Virus record (IMG/VR): IMGVR_UViG_3300044724_001019
Span: 1 to 24,155 of that record
Source of the DNA: a virus
Taxonomy: Duplodnaviria > Caudoviricetes
Direction: 5' to 3' (one strand)
DNA: 24,155 bases
The position numbers and the translations under genes are program-made. Positions within the stretch are counted from its first letter, which is position 1. Every line of letters starts with the position of its first letter. Of this stretch, positions 6,036 through 12,974 are shown piece after piece. Below the pieces are notes generated by a model. The model did not search any database. It saw only the letters and a list, made by a program, of their open reading frames with translations, and was not told the origin of the DNA.

Positions 6036-7321
6036 TGGACGTTAAGATTCCCTACAAGCCCCGTCCTTTGCAGAAGGACATGCACAAGGAGTTGAAGAGA
6101 TGGAACGTGTTGGTAATGCACCGCCGCTTCGGCAAGACGGTGTGGGCAGTGAACCAGTTAATCAAGACGACGCTGACCTGCCCGTTGCCTCGACCGAGGA
6201 CGGCTTTTGTGGCCCCTACTTTCGCACAGGCAAAGCGGATTGCTTGGGATTATGTAAAGTTTTATGCCGGAGTTATCCCCGGTGTGCAATTCAACGAGAC
6301 AGAACTACGCGCAGATTTTCCTAATGGCGGCAGGATTATGCTGCTGTCTGCTGAGAACCCCGATGCCCTTCGGGGGATTTATTTGGATGAGTGTGTCTTT
6401 GATGAGTTTGGGATGCAGAACCCAAGGGTATGGGGGGAGGTCGTAAGACCGGCACTGTCCGACAGGCAGGGGTCGGCATGTTTTTTGGGAACCCCGGCGG
6501 GTCACAACCATTTCTATGATTTGCTGGAGACGGCCAAGGGCCAGTTAGCCGAGGGCAGCAAAGACTGGTACTTCAAGATTTGCAAGGCCAGTGACACAGG
6601 CATAGTCAGGCCGGAGGAACTGGAAGCTGCTATGGCGCAGATGACGCCAGAGCAATATGAACAGGAATACGAGTGTTCGTTCACAGCGGCAATTATTGGT
6701 GCGTATTACGGCAAGCTGTTAGCAGACGCGGATGACACGGCCCGTGTCACGCGGGTGCCGTATGACCCGGCCTTTCCTGTGCATACGGCCTGGGACTTGG
6801 GCATTAACGACTCGACAGCCATCTGGTTTGCGCAGGTCTTCCGCGGCGGTGCAGTTAATATAATAGATTATTATGAGAGTAGTGGTGTGGGGCTAGACCA
6901 CTACGCTGATGTGCTGAACAGGAAGGAATACACCTACGGGGACCATCTGGCACCGCATGACATTGAGGTGCGGGAGCTTGGCTCCGGCAAGTCACGGCTT
7001 GAGACTGCGTATTCGCTAGGTCTGAGGTTTCGTGTTATACCTAAGATGAAGGTCGCAGATGGCATTAACGCGGCGCGTATGTTAATACCTAAATGCTATT
7101 TTGACCGCGACAAATGTGGCGAAGGCTTGGAGATGCTACGCCAGTACAGGCAGGAATGGGATGAGAAGCGTAAGATTTTTAGGGACCATCCAAGACATGA
7201 TTATACGAGCCATGCAGCAGATGCTTTCCGCTATCTTGCTGTTGGTCTTGAAAATCGAGCAGTCATGTCTCGTCCTCCGCAGCAAGTTGCGCAAATGGAA
7301 TACAACCCTTTCACGCTATAG
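6035..7321 (+). CDS. terL: Terminase large subunit
   Basis: Walker A 'HRRFGKT', Walker B 'CVFDE', coupling motif 'GTPAG', nuclease 'AWDLGINDST' and C-terminal 'SHAADAFRY'. Confidence 0.97.
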   Translation: MDVKIPYKPRPLQKDMHKELKRWNVLVMHRRFGKTVWAVNQLIKTTLTCPLPRPRTAFVAPTFAQAKRIAWDYVKFYAGVIPGVQFNETELRADFPNGGRIMLLSAENPDALRGIYLDECVFDEFGMQNPRVWGEVVRPALSDRQGSACFLGTPAGHNHFYDLLETAKGQLAEGSKDWYFKICKASDTGIVRPEELEAAMAQMTPEQYEQEYECSFTAAIIGAYYGKLLADADDTARVTRVPYDPAFPVHTAWDLGINDSTAIWFAQVFRGGAVNIIDYYESSGVGLDHYADVLNRKEYTYGDHLAPHDIEVRELGSGKSRLETAYSLGLRFRVIPKMKVADGINAARMLIPKCYFDRDKCGEGLEMLRQYRQEWDEKRKIFRDHPRHDYTSHAADAFRYLAVGLENRAVMSRPPQQVAQMEYNPFTL

Positions 7322-7330
7322 GAGCAAGTA

Positions 7331-7897
7331 ATGAGTTCGAGTGTAGGCACTAGCCCAGGCTCAACTGGCCGTCAGCCAAGAAACATCGCAGACCCGGATA
7401 AGCGCAGGGCCGCTGAGATTGGCAGGGCTGGCTTCCTAAGCGAAACCCGCGAAGCTATTGCTGAGATTAGAAGTAGACCTGTTACAAGAGTGCCGGGAAC
7501 ACTTGGCGCTATTGGTGAGATGGTCAGAGAAAATATAGTCGCTGAAATTGAAAAGGGCGCAACGCCTATACGAGTAACTGATAAGTCCGGCAAGGAGATA
7601 ACAGTCGGCGCACTGCGCGGAAACAAATACACTGGCCGTTCTGAGTATGAAGCTATAGCTAGGGAAACACGGGGTACGCAGCCAATACAGATTTCAGAAG
7701 TTCAGGCTAGACAGCCAACCCAAGAGAGGGAAGAAACCCCCACCCTTATTAGCCCAAAGGTAACGCCAGAGGTTACGCCTGAGATTGTCCCCGATGACCT
7801 GATGGGTAGCGCAGAACGTGGACGCAGACGCACAAGCCGTGTTGGCCCCGGCGGTACTTTGGTAACCGGCGGCGGTGTTCTTTATACTAGCAAGTAG
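7331..7897 (+). CDS. Hypothetical virion-module protein
   Basis: SD AGGAG; fills the gap between terL and the pre-portal gene; low-complexity P/T/E repeats. Confidence 0.7.
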   Translation: MSSSVGTSPGSTGRQPRNIADPDKRRAAEIGRAGFLSETREAIAEIRSRPVTRVPGTLGAIGEMVRENIVAEIEKGATPIRVTDKSGKEITVGALRGNKYTGRSEYEAIARETRGTQPIQISEVQARQPTQEREETPTLISPKVTPEVTPEIVPDDLMGSAERGRRRTSRVGPGGTLVTGGGVLYTSK

Positions 7898-7906
7898 GAG
7901 ATTTAG

Positions 7907-8113
7907 ATGAGCTTTTTGACCCCCTCTGTGCCTACCCCTCCCCCGCCACCACCTCCGCCACCGGAGCCGGACATTGGCCGCGCCCGTGTTTTGGCAGAGG
8001 AGGCCGAAACCCAAGCCCGTGCAAGACGCAAGGGAAGGGGTGCTACGATTGTTGCTGGCGCTCTGGGTGATACGACAGAGGTCAAAACCGGCACACCGAC
8101 ATTGATGGGTTAG
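7907..8113 (+). CDS. Small proline-rich pre-portal virion protein (T7 gp7.3-position analogue)
   Basis: SD AGGAG; poly-Pro stretch, 'RRKGRGATI' and C-terminal 'TLMG' typical of the gene preceding the portal in this phage group. Confidence 0.75.
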   Translation: MSFLTPSVPTPPPPPPPPPEPDIGRARVLAEEAETQARARRKGRGATIVAGALGDTTEVKTGTPTLMG

Positions 8114-8115
8114 CT

Positions 8116-9702
8116 ATGAACAAAGCATCCGAACACGTTAAACGCTTCGATTACCTTAAAAGCCGCAGGGATAACTGGGACACACATTACCAGGAACTTG
8201 CGGATTACATGCTGCCCCGCAAGGCAGACATTGTGAAGAAGCGGTCTCGCGGCGAGAAGCGCATGGAGCTTATCTATGATGGCACCGCGCTTCAATCCAT
8301 CGACCTGATGGCGGCTTTCCTGCACGGGATGCTGACCAGCGGGGCATCGCCTTGGTTCCACTTGGATGTCAAGGACGAGATGATTAACCGCGATGACGAT
8401 GTTCGTGAATGGCTGCAAGACAGCAGTATGCGCATGATGCAAGCCTTCCAGCGCTCAAACTTTGAGACTGAGGTGCATGAGGCGTATGTGGACCTGGTTG
8501 TGTTTGGCACGGCCTGTATGTTCTGCGAGATGGACCGCAAGAACCTGCGTTTCAGCACCCGTCACATTTCTGAATATTATGTTCAGGAAGACCAGTACGG
8601 CATGGTGAACACGGTTTACCGGCTCTACAAAATGACAGCCACACAGGCTGTGGAGCGTTTCGGCCTTGAGCGCGTCGGTGACTTCATCCGCAAGAAGCAT
8701 GAAAAGAATGGCGATGAAGAGGTTGAAATCCTGCACGCAGTGATGCCACGCATTGAGCGCGACGTGACCGCACCGGACAATCTCAATATGCCGTTCATGT
8801 CGGTATATGTCTGCAAGGCTACCGGGATGGAGATTTCACAAGGTGGCTTTGAAGAACTGCCCTATGTGGTGCCACGTTTCCTGAAAGCTACCGGCGAAGT
8901 GATGGGCCGTAGCCCTGCAATGACAGCGCTGCCTGACGTTAAGATGTTGAATCTTATGTCAAAAACCATCATCCAAGCGGCTCAAAAGCAGATTGACCCG
9001 CCACTGCTGGTGCCTGATGACGGCTTCCTGCTGCCTATTCGCACCCAGCCCGGTGGCTTGAACTTCTTCCGTTCCGGCTCTCGCGAGACGATTACGCCAC
9101 TGAATACGGGTGCCAACATTCCTATTGGCCTGAACATGGAAGAACAGCGCCGCACCGCTATTCGGCAAGCGTTCTATGTTGACCAGATTCTAACTGCTGG
9201 CTCCCCGCAGATGACTGCGACAGAGGTGATTCAAAGGCAGGAAGAGCGCATGAGAGTGATTGGCCCTGTGCTGGGAAGGCTCATGAACGAGATGCTTCGC
9301 CCGCTGATTGACCGTGTGTTTGCGCTGATGTTGCGGAACGACATGCTGGCACCAGCCCCTGATGTTCTGCAAGGTCGTGATATTGATATTGAGTATGTCT
9401 CACCGCTGGCACGGGCGCAGAAGTCAAGCAGTCTGAACAACACTATGCGGGCGCTTGAAATTCTACTGCCTCTGGCTCAAAGCCTTCCGGTAGGCGACCA
9501 CATCGACCCTGATGGACTTGTCCGCCATGTGACTGACGCCCTTGGCGTTCCCAAGAAAACCCTACGCTCCCAGCGTGAGGTTGATGAAACACGGCAAGCG
9601 CGGGCGCAAGCAGAGCAAGAGGCTATGCAGCGCCAGCGTGACCAAGAGGATGTTTACACAACAGCACAGGCTGCACAGGCCGTGAGGATGGTACAGTCGT
9701 GA
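8116..9702 (+). CDS. Portal / head-tail connector (T7 gp8/Bbp21-like)
   Basis: 528 aa with motifs 'DLVVFGTA', 'PYVVPRF...GRSPAMTALPDVKMLN', 'MTATEVIQRQEE' and 'IEYVSPLARAQK'; fits the synteny. Confidence 0.95.
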   Translation: MNKASEHVKRFDYLKSRRDNWDTHYQELADYMLPRKADIVKKRSRGEKRMELIYDGTALQSIDLMAAFLHGMLTSGASPWFHLDVKDEMINRDDDVREWLQDSSMRMMQAFQRSNFETEVHEAYVDLVVFGTACMFCEMDRKNLRFSTRHISEYYVQEDQYGMVNTVYRLYKMTATQAVERFGLERVGDFIRKKHEKNGDEEVEILHAVMPRIERDVTAPDNLNMPFMSVYVCKATGMEISQGGFEELPYVVPRFLKATGEVMGRSPAMTALPDVKMLNLMSKTIIQAAQKQIDPPLLVPDDGFLLPIRTQPGGLNFFRSGSRETITPLNTGANIPIGLNMEEQRRTAIRQAFYVDQILTAGSPQMTATEVIQRQEERMRVIGPVLGRLMNEMLRPLIDRVFALMLRNDMLAPAPDVLQGRDIDIEYVSPLARAQKSSSLNNTMRALEILLPLAQSLPVGDHIDPDGLVRHVTDALGVPKKTLRSQREVDETRQARAQAEQEAMQRQRDQEDVYTTAQAAQAVRMVQS

Positions 9703-9899
9703 AGGACATAGAAAAGCTGAAGCATATGTACAAAGAGACCTTTGAGACCGAGGGCGGTCAGAAGGTCTTGCGAGACTTGGAGGCCCGCGCGAACTGGAGG
9801 GCGTCCAGCTATGTGGCTGGCGATGCAAACGCCACCGCATTTGAAGAGGGCAAACGCGCTGTCCTGCTTCATATCCACAACATGATGACACAGGAGTAA
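9699..9899 (+). CDS. Bbp19-like small protein
   Basis: 'YKETFETEGGQKVLRDL...TAFEEGKRAVLLHI'; the conserved post-portal gene; GTGA overlap. Confidence 0.85.
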   Translation: MKDIEKLKHMYKETFETEGGQKVLRDLEARANWRASSYVAGDANATAFEEGKRAVLLHIHNMMTQE

Positions 9900-9901
9900 C
9901 A

Positions 9902-10738
9902 ATGTCAGAGGAAGCTATCGAACAGGTAGCCCAGCCTGAAGCTACGCTTATGGAAACCCCAGCAGAAGTAGCACAGGGCGGGTCTGGTAACGAGTTCCTA
10001 TCCACTATACCGGAGGATTTGCGTGACCACCCAAGCCTAGGACCAATTAGGGATGTCGAGAACCTCGCTCGCTCTTATGTAAACGCACAGAGACTGATTG
10101 GCGCAGACAAGCTGCCAATGCCAGTCAACCCAACAGCCGAAGACCTTGACAACATCTATAGCCGTCTTGGCCGTCCAGAAAGTGCGGATGGCTACGAGAT
10201 TCCGGTTGATGGCAACATTGTGACAGAGGATGTTGCGAAGTCTTACGCTGACGTAGCGCATAACCTGCGCCTAACACCTGACCAAGCTAACGGTGTGCTG
10301 GAATACTATCGCGCTATGGTGCAGGAAAGTGGCAGCATGAGTGAGGCCGCTGAAAGCCAGCAGCGTAGCAGTACCGAGATGACACTTCGCAAGGAGTGGG
10401 GCGACGAGTTTGATGCTCGTATTGAAGATGCTGGCAAAATTGCCAAGCAGTTTGGCAGCAGCGACCTTCTTGAGATGCGCCTAAGTGACGGCACTAAAGT
10501 TGGCAATCACCCAGACTTTATCAAGGCTTTTGCCAATATGGCTGAGTTTCGCTCCAGCGTAACAAGCGAAGATACTGTTGCTGACAGCACAATCAGCAGC
10601 ACAGTATCTCGTCGTGAGGCGCAAGCTGAGATTGAAAGCATCATGTCTTCGCCCGTCTACACTGACCGCAAGAATGTGGTCGGCAGACAGCAAGCTATTG
10701 ACCGCGTTCAAGAGCTAATGGAAATGGTTCATGGATGA
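9902..10738 (+). CDS. Capsid assembly scaffolding protein
   Basis: Acidic and helical; motifs 'LARSYVNAQRLIG', 'LGRPESADGY', 'LRKEWG' and 'GNHPDFIKAF'; lies between portal and capsid. Confidence 0.88.
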   Translation: MSEEAIEQVAQPEATLMETPAEVAQGGSGNEFLSTIPEDLRDHPSLGPIRDVENLARSYVNAQRLIGADKLPMPVNPTAEDLDNIYSRLGRPESADGYEIPVDGNIVTEDVAKSYADVAHNLRLTPDQANGVLEYYRAMVQESGSMSEAAESQQRSSTEMTLRKEWGDEFDARIEDAGKIAKQFGSSDLLEMRLSDGTKVGNHPDFIKAFANMAEFRSSVTSEDTVADSTISSTVSRREAQAEIESIMSSPVYTDRKNVVGRQQAIDRVQELMEMVHG

Positions 10739-10985
10739 CAAAACAGAGCTTAGGCTCGAATGTTTGCGCCTCGCACTTGAGTATGGTACTCAAAGAGACG
10801 TACTAAATCCCCACCTACTCGCAGATACATACTACGGGTGGGTGACGCAGGGTAGCGGGTCAGCCCGTCCTGCCGACAACCGGAAAGACGGTGGCCGAAA
10901 GCAGGTCCGAAAAGCCAGGAGTGTCCGTGAGGGTAGCACGCCGCAACTTACTGTAAACGCAACTGTAGAGAAGGAGGTAGGCTAA
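10731..10985 (+). CDS. Small hypothetical protein upstream of the capsid gene
   Basis: N-terminal 'ELRLECLRLALE...LADTYYGWV' looks like a real helical domain. Overlaps the scaffold stop; TAATG coupling to the MCP. Confidence 0.7.
   Translation: MDDKTELRLECLRLALEYGTQRDVLNPHLLADTYYGWVTQGSGSARPADNRKDGGRKQVRKARSVREGSTPQLTVNATVEKEVG
10847..10942 (+). promoter_or_regulatory. Putative structured cis-regulatory RNA in the capsid leader
   Basis: Three hairpins: GCAGG-GTAG-CGGG-TCAG-CCCG-T-CCTGC (10847-10873), ACCG-GAAAGA-CGGT (10879-10892) and GTG-T-CC-GTGA-GG-GTAG-CAC (10921-10939). Confidence 0.55.
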
Positions 10986-11884
10986 TGTCTACTCAAGTCA
11001 CTACGGCATTTGTGCAACAGTATTCTGCAAACGTGCAGATGCTCTCACAGCAGATGGGTTCCCGTCTGCGTGACGCAGTACGCATTGAGAATGTTGTTGG
11101 TAAAAATGCCTTCATCGACCAAATCGGTCTGGCAACGGCGCAGCTTCGCACCACCCGCCACGCCGATACTCCGCAGCTTGACACACCTCATGAGAGGCGT
11201 CGTCTGAGCCTGGCGGACTACGAGTATGCTGACCTGATTGATGACCAGGACAAAATCCGTATGCTCATCGACCCAACCTCGTCTTACGCCCAAGCCGCAG
11301 CAGCAGCTATGGGTCGTGCAATGGACGATGTTGTCATCACCGCCGCTCTTGGCGCAGCCTCCACTGGCGAAACCGGCAGCAGCACTGAGGCAGCGTTTAG
11401 CTCCTCTGACGACAACTACATCGCTAACGGCAACACCAACCTGACCCTCGCAAAGCTGCGTCAGGCAAAAGAGTTGCTTGACCTTGGTGACGTTGACCCG
11501 TCGATTCCTCGTTACTTTGCCGCTGGCCCAAGCCAGATTCAGAATCTGCTGGCTGACACCACGGTAACTTCGAGCGACTTCAACACTGTAAAGGCTCTGG
11601 TACAGGGCGAACTCGACACCTTCATGGGCTTCAAGTTCATCATGACCAACCGCCTGAACACCACTGATGACGCAGAAACTGCTGCATCTGGTGATGTCCG
11701 CAAGTGTTTCGCTTGGGCCGAGGATGGCGTTACCCTGGGTATTGGCAAAGATGTCTCTGCACGCATTGATGAGCGTTCCGACAAGGGCTACGCGACTCAA
11801 GTGTACTACTGCATGAGCATCGGCGCGGTACGCATGGAAAAGGCCAAGGTTGTACAGGTCAACTGTGACGAAACCCCAGACTGA
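10985..11884 (+). CDS. Major capsid protein (BPP-1 Bbp17/HTVC010P-like)
   Basis: 'MSTQVTTAFVQQYSANVQMLSQQMGSRLR', 'AAAAMGRAMDD', 'SSDFNTVKALVQGELDTFMGFKFI'; strong SD AAGGAGGT; highly expressed codon style. Confidence 0.95.
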   Translation: MSTQVTTAFVQQYSANVQMLSQQMGSRLRDAVRIENVVGKNAFIDQIGLATAQLRTTRHADTPQLDTPHERRRLSLADYEYADLIDDQDKIRMLIDPTSSYAQAAAAAMGRAMDDVVITAALGAASTGETGSSTEAAFSSSDDNYIANGNTNLTLAKLRQAKELLDLGDVDPSIPRYFAAGPSQIQNLLADTTVTSSDFNTVKALVQGELDTFMGFKFIMTNRLNTTDDAETAASGDVRKCFAWAEDGVTLGIGKDVSARIDERSDKGYATQVYYCMSIGAVRMEKAKVVQVNCDETPD

Positions 11885-11899
11885 TAGGAGAGCTAGGCA

Positions 11900-11962
11900 A
11901 TGACGACTAAAAACTCAGACCTCATTGCCAATCTTGAGGCTCTCCCGCAGGTCGCTAACTGA
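11900..11962 (+). pseudogene. 20-codon remnant of the post-capsid (decoration/cement-like) gene
   Basis: SD AGGAGAG at 11886-11892, then ATG-MTTKNSDLIANLEALPQVAN-TGA. From recollection it resembles the N-terminus of the roughly 150-aa protein that follows the MCP in related phages. Confidence 0.6.
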
Positions 11963-11968
11963 CCACTT

Positions 11969-12000
11969 GAGGGGGGCGGGCTTGAAATCCGCCCTCCTTT
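11969..12000 (+). terminator. Rho-independent terminator-like hairpin after the capsid operon
   Basis: GAGGGGGGCGG-loop-CCGCCCTCCTT stem with only a short T tail, which suggests a leaky terminator like T7 Tphi in position. Confidence 0.7.
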
Positions 12001-12025
12001 CACTCCGACTCAGGGGAATGGGTGA

Positions 12026-12376
12026 GTGGAGTTTAACAGAGATTTTAGGTACGACTTGAAGGTCGGGCAGATGGCGGAAAGCTGGTTGGCCGACATACTC
12101 ATGTCCAAGACCATAGAGATTAAGAGGGACTTTAAGGCTTCACGAACCGGCAGAGTGTTTGTGGAGTTTTTTTCTAGGGGAAAGCCGTCAGGCATAGACA
12201 CAACAGAGGCAGACTTCTGGGCGTTTATCATAGACGGCGAAACTGTGGTAATATTGCCAACAGCACGGCTCAAGGAGCTTGTGCAGGAAGCAAAGGATGA
12301 AGGCAAGATTTGGAAGGGCGGCGACTCTAACACGAGCCAAGGCGTCCTGATTGATTTGGAAAGGTTAGTGAAGTAA
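12026..12376 (+). CDS. PD-(D/E)XK-like nuclease, common phage family
   Basis: 'DLKVGQMAE...TIEIKRDFKASRTGRVFVEFFSRGKPSGIDTTEADFW' contains an ExK motif. GTG start; TAATG coupling to tail tube A. Confidence 0.7.
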   Translation: MEFNRDFRYDLKVGQMAESWLADILMSKTIEIKRDFKASRTGRVFVEFFSRGKPSGIDTTEADFWAFIIDGETVVILPTARLKELVQEAKDEGKIWKGGDSNTSQGVLIDLERLVK

Positions 12377-12972
12377 TGCCATCCGTAGTGGAAATCTGTA
12401 ACGAGGCAATGGACCTGTTGGGTGCAGCTACGATTACTGCTCTGACAGAAAACTCCAAAGAAGCACGACTGTGTAACCGCCGGTTTGAAACCGTGCGCGA
12501 CGCAGTTTTGCGCTCCCACCCTTGGAACACAGCCATAAGCCGTGCCGAGATTGCCAAAGATTCAACCGCACCTGCGTTTGGGTTTAGCTACCAGTACACG
12601 CTCCCAACTGACCCTTATTGCTTACGAGTCCTATCATTCTGGAACAGCAACGTAGACAGCGAGATTGCAGCCTACGACAGTCAGGTGATGTACAAGATTG
12701 AAGGCCGTAAAATCCTGAGCGATGAAGGCACATGCAAGATTACTTATATTGGCCGCATCACTGACACAGAGCAATATGACGCAATGCTGTCCAACACGAT
12801 TGCGCATCGCCTTGCAGCAGAGACCGCGTATGCAATCACTGGCAGCACAACAGTAGCGCAGCAGATGCAAGCTCTGTATGAACAGCGGTTACGGGAGGCC
12901 CGTTCTATGGACGCTATGGAAGGATACCCAGACAAGATTATTGCTGATGACTTTGTGAACATAAGGTTCTAG
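12376..12972 (+). CDS. Tail tubular protein A (T7 gp11-like adaptor)
   Basis: 'SVVEICNEAMDLLGA', 'VLRSHPWN', 'YQYTLPTDPYCLRV'; size 198 aa and position fit. Confidence 0.9.
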   Translation: MPSVVEICNEAMDLLGAATITALTENSKEARLCNRRFETVRDAVLRSHPWNTAISRAEIAKDSTAPAFGFSYQYTLPTDPYCLRVLSFWNSNVDSEIAAYDSQVMYKIEGRKILSDEGTCKITYIGRITDTEQYDAMLSNTIAHRLAAETAYAITGSTTVAQQMQALYEQRLREARSMDAMEGYPDKIIADDFVNIRF

Positions 12973-12974
12973 GC

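Noticed and set aside
7920-7965. C-rich tract (G-quadruplex potential on the minus strand)
   Set aside because: Fully explained by poly-proline codons of the pre-portal protein.
11045-11800. 251-aa antisense ORF over the major capsid gene
   Set aside because: In-register antisense shadow expected from the biased codon usage of the MCP; no SD or recognisable motif.
11860-12030. Capsid C-terminal extension by frameshift or readthrough, or a tRNA after the capsid gene
   Set aside because: The MCP ends in a double stop (TGATAG) with no clear slippery heptamer. Readthrough of the minigene stops again after about 20 codons, and no cloverleaf or T-arm motif is present.
12010-12519. 169-aa antisense ORF, and similar antisense ORFs at 14646-15224 and 22984-23460
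   Set aside because: Shadows of well-supported plus-strand structural genes with no independent signals.
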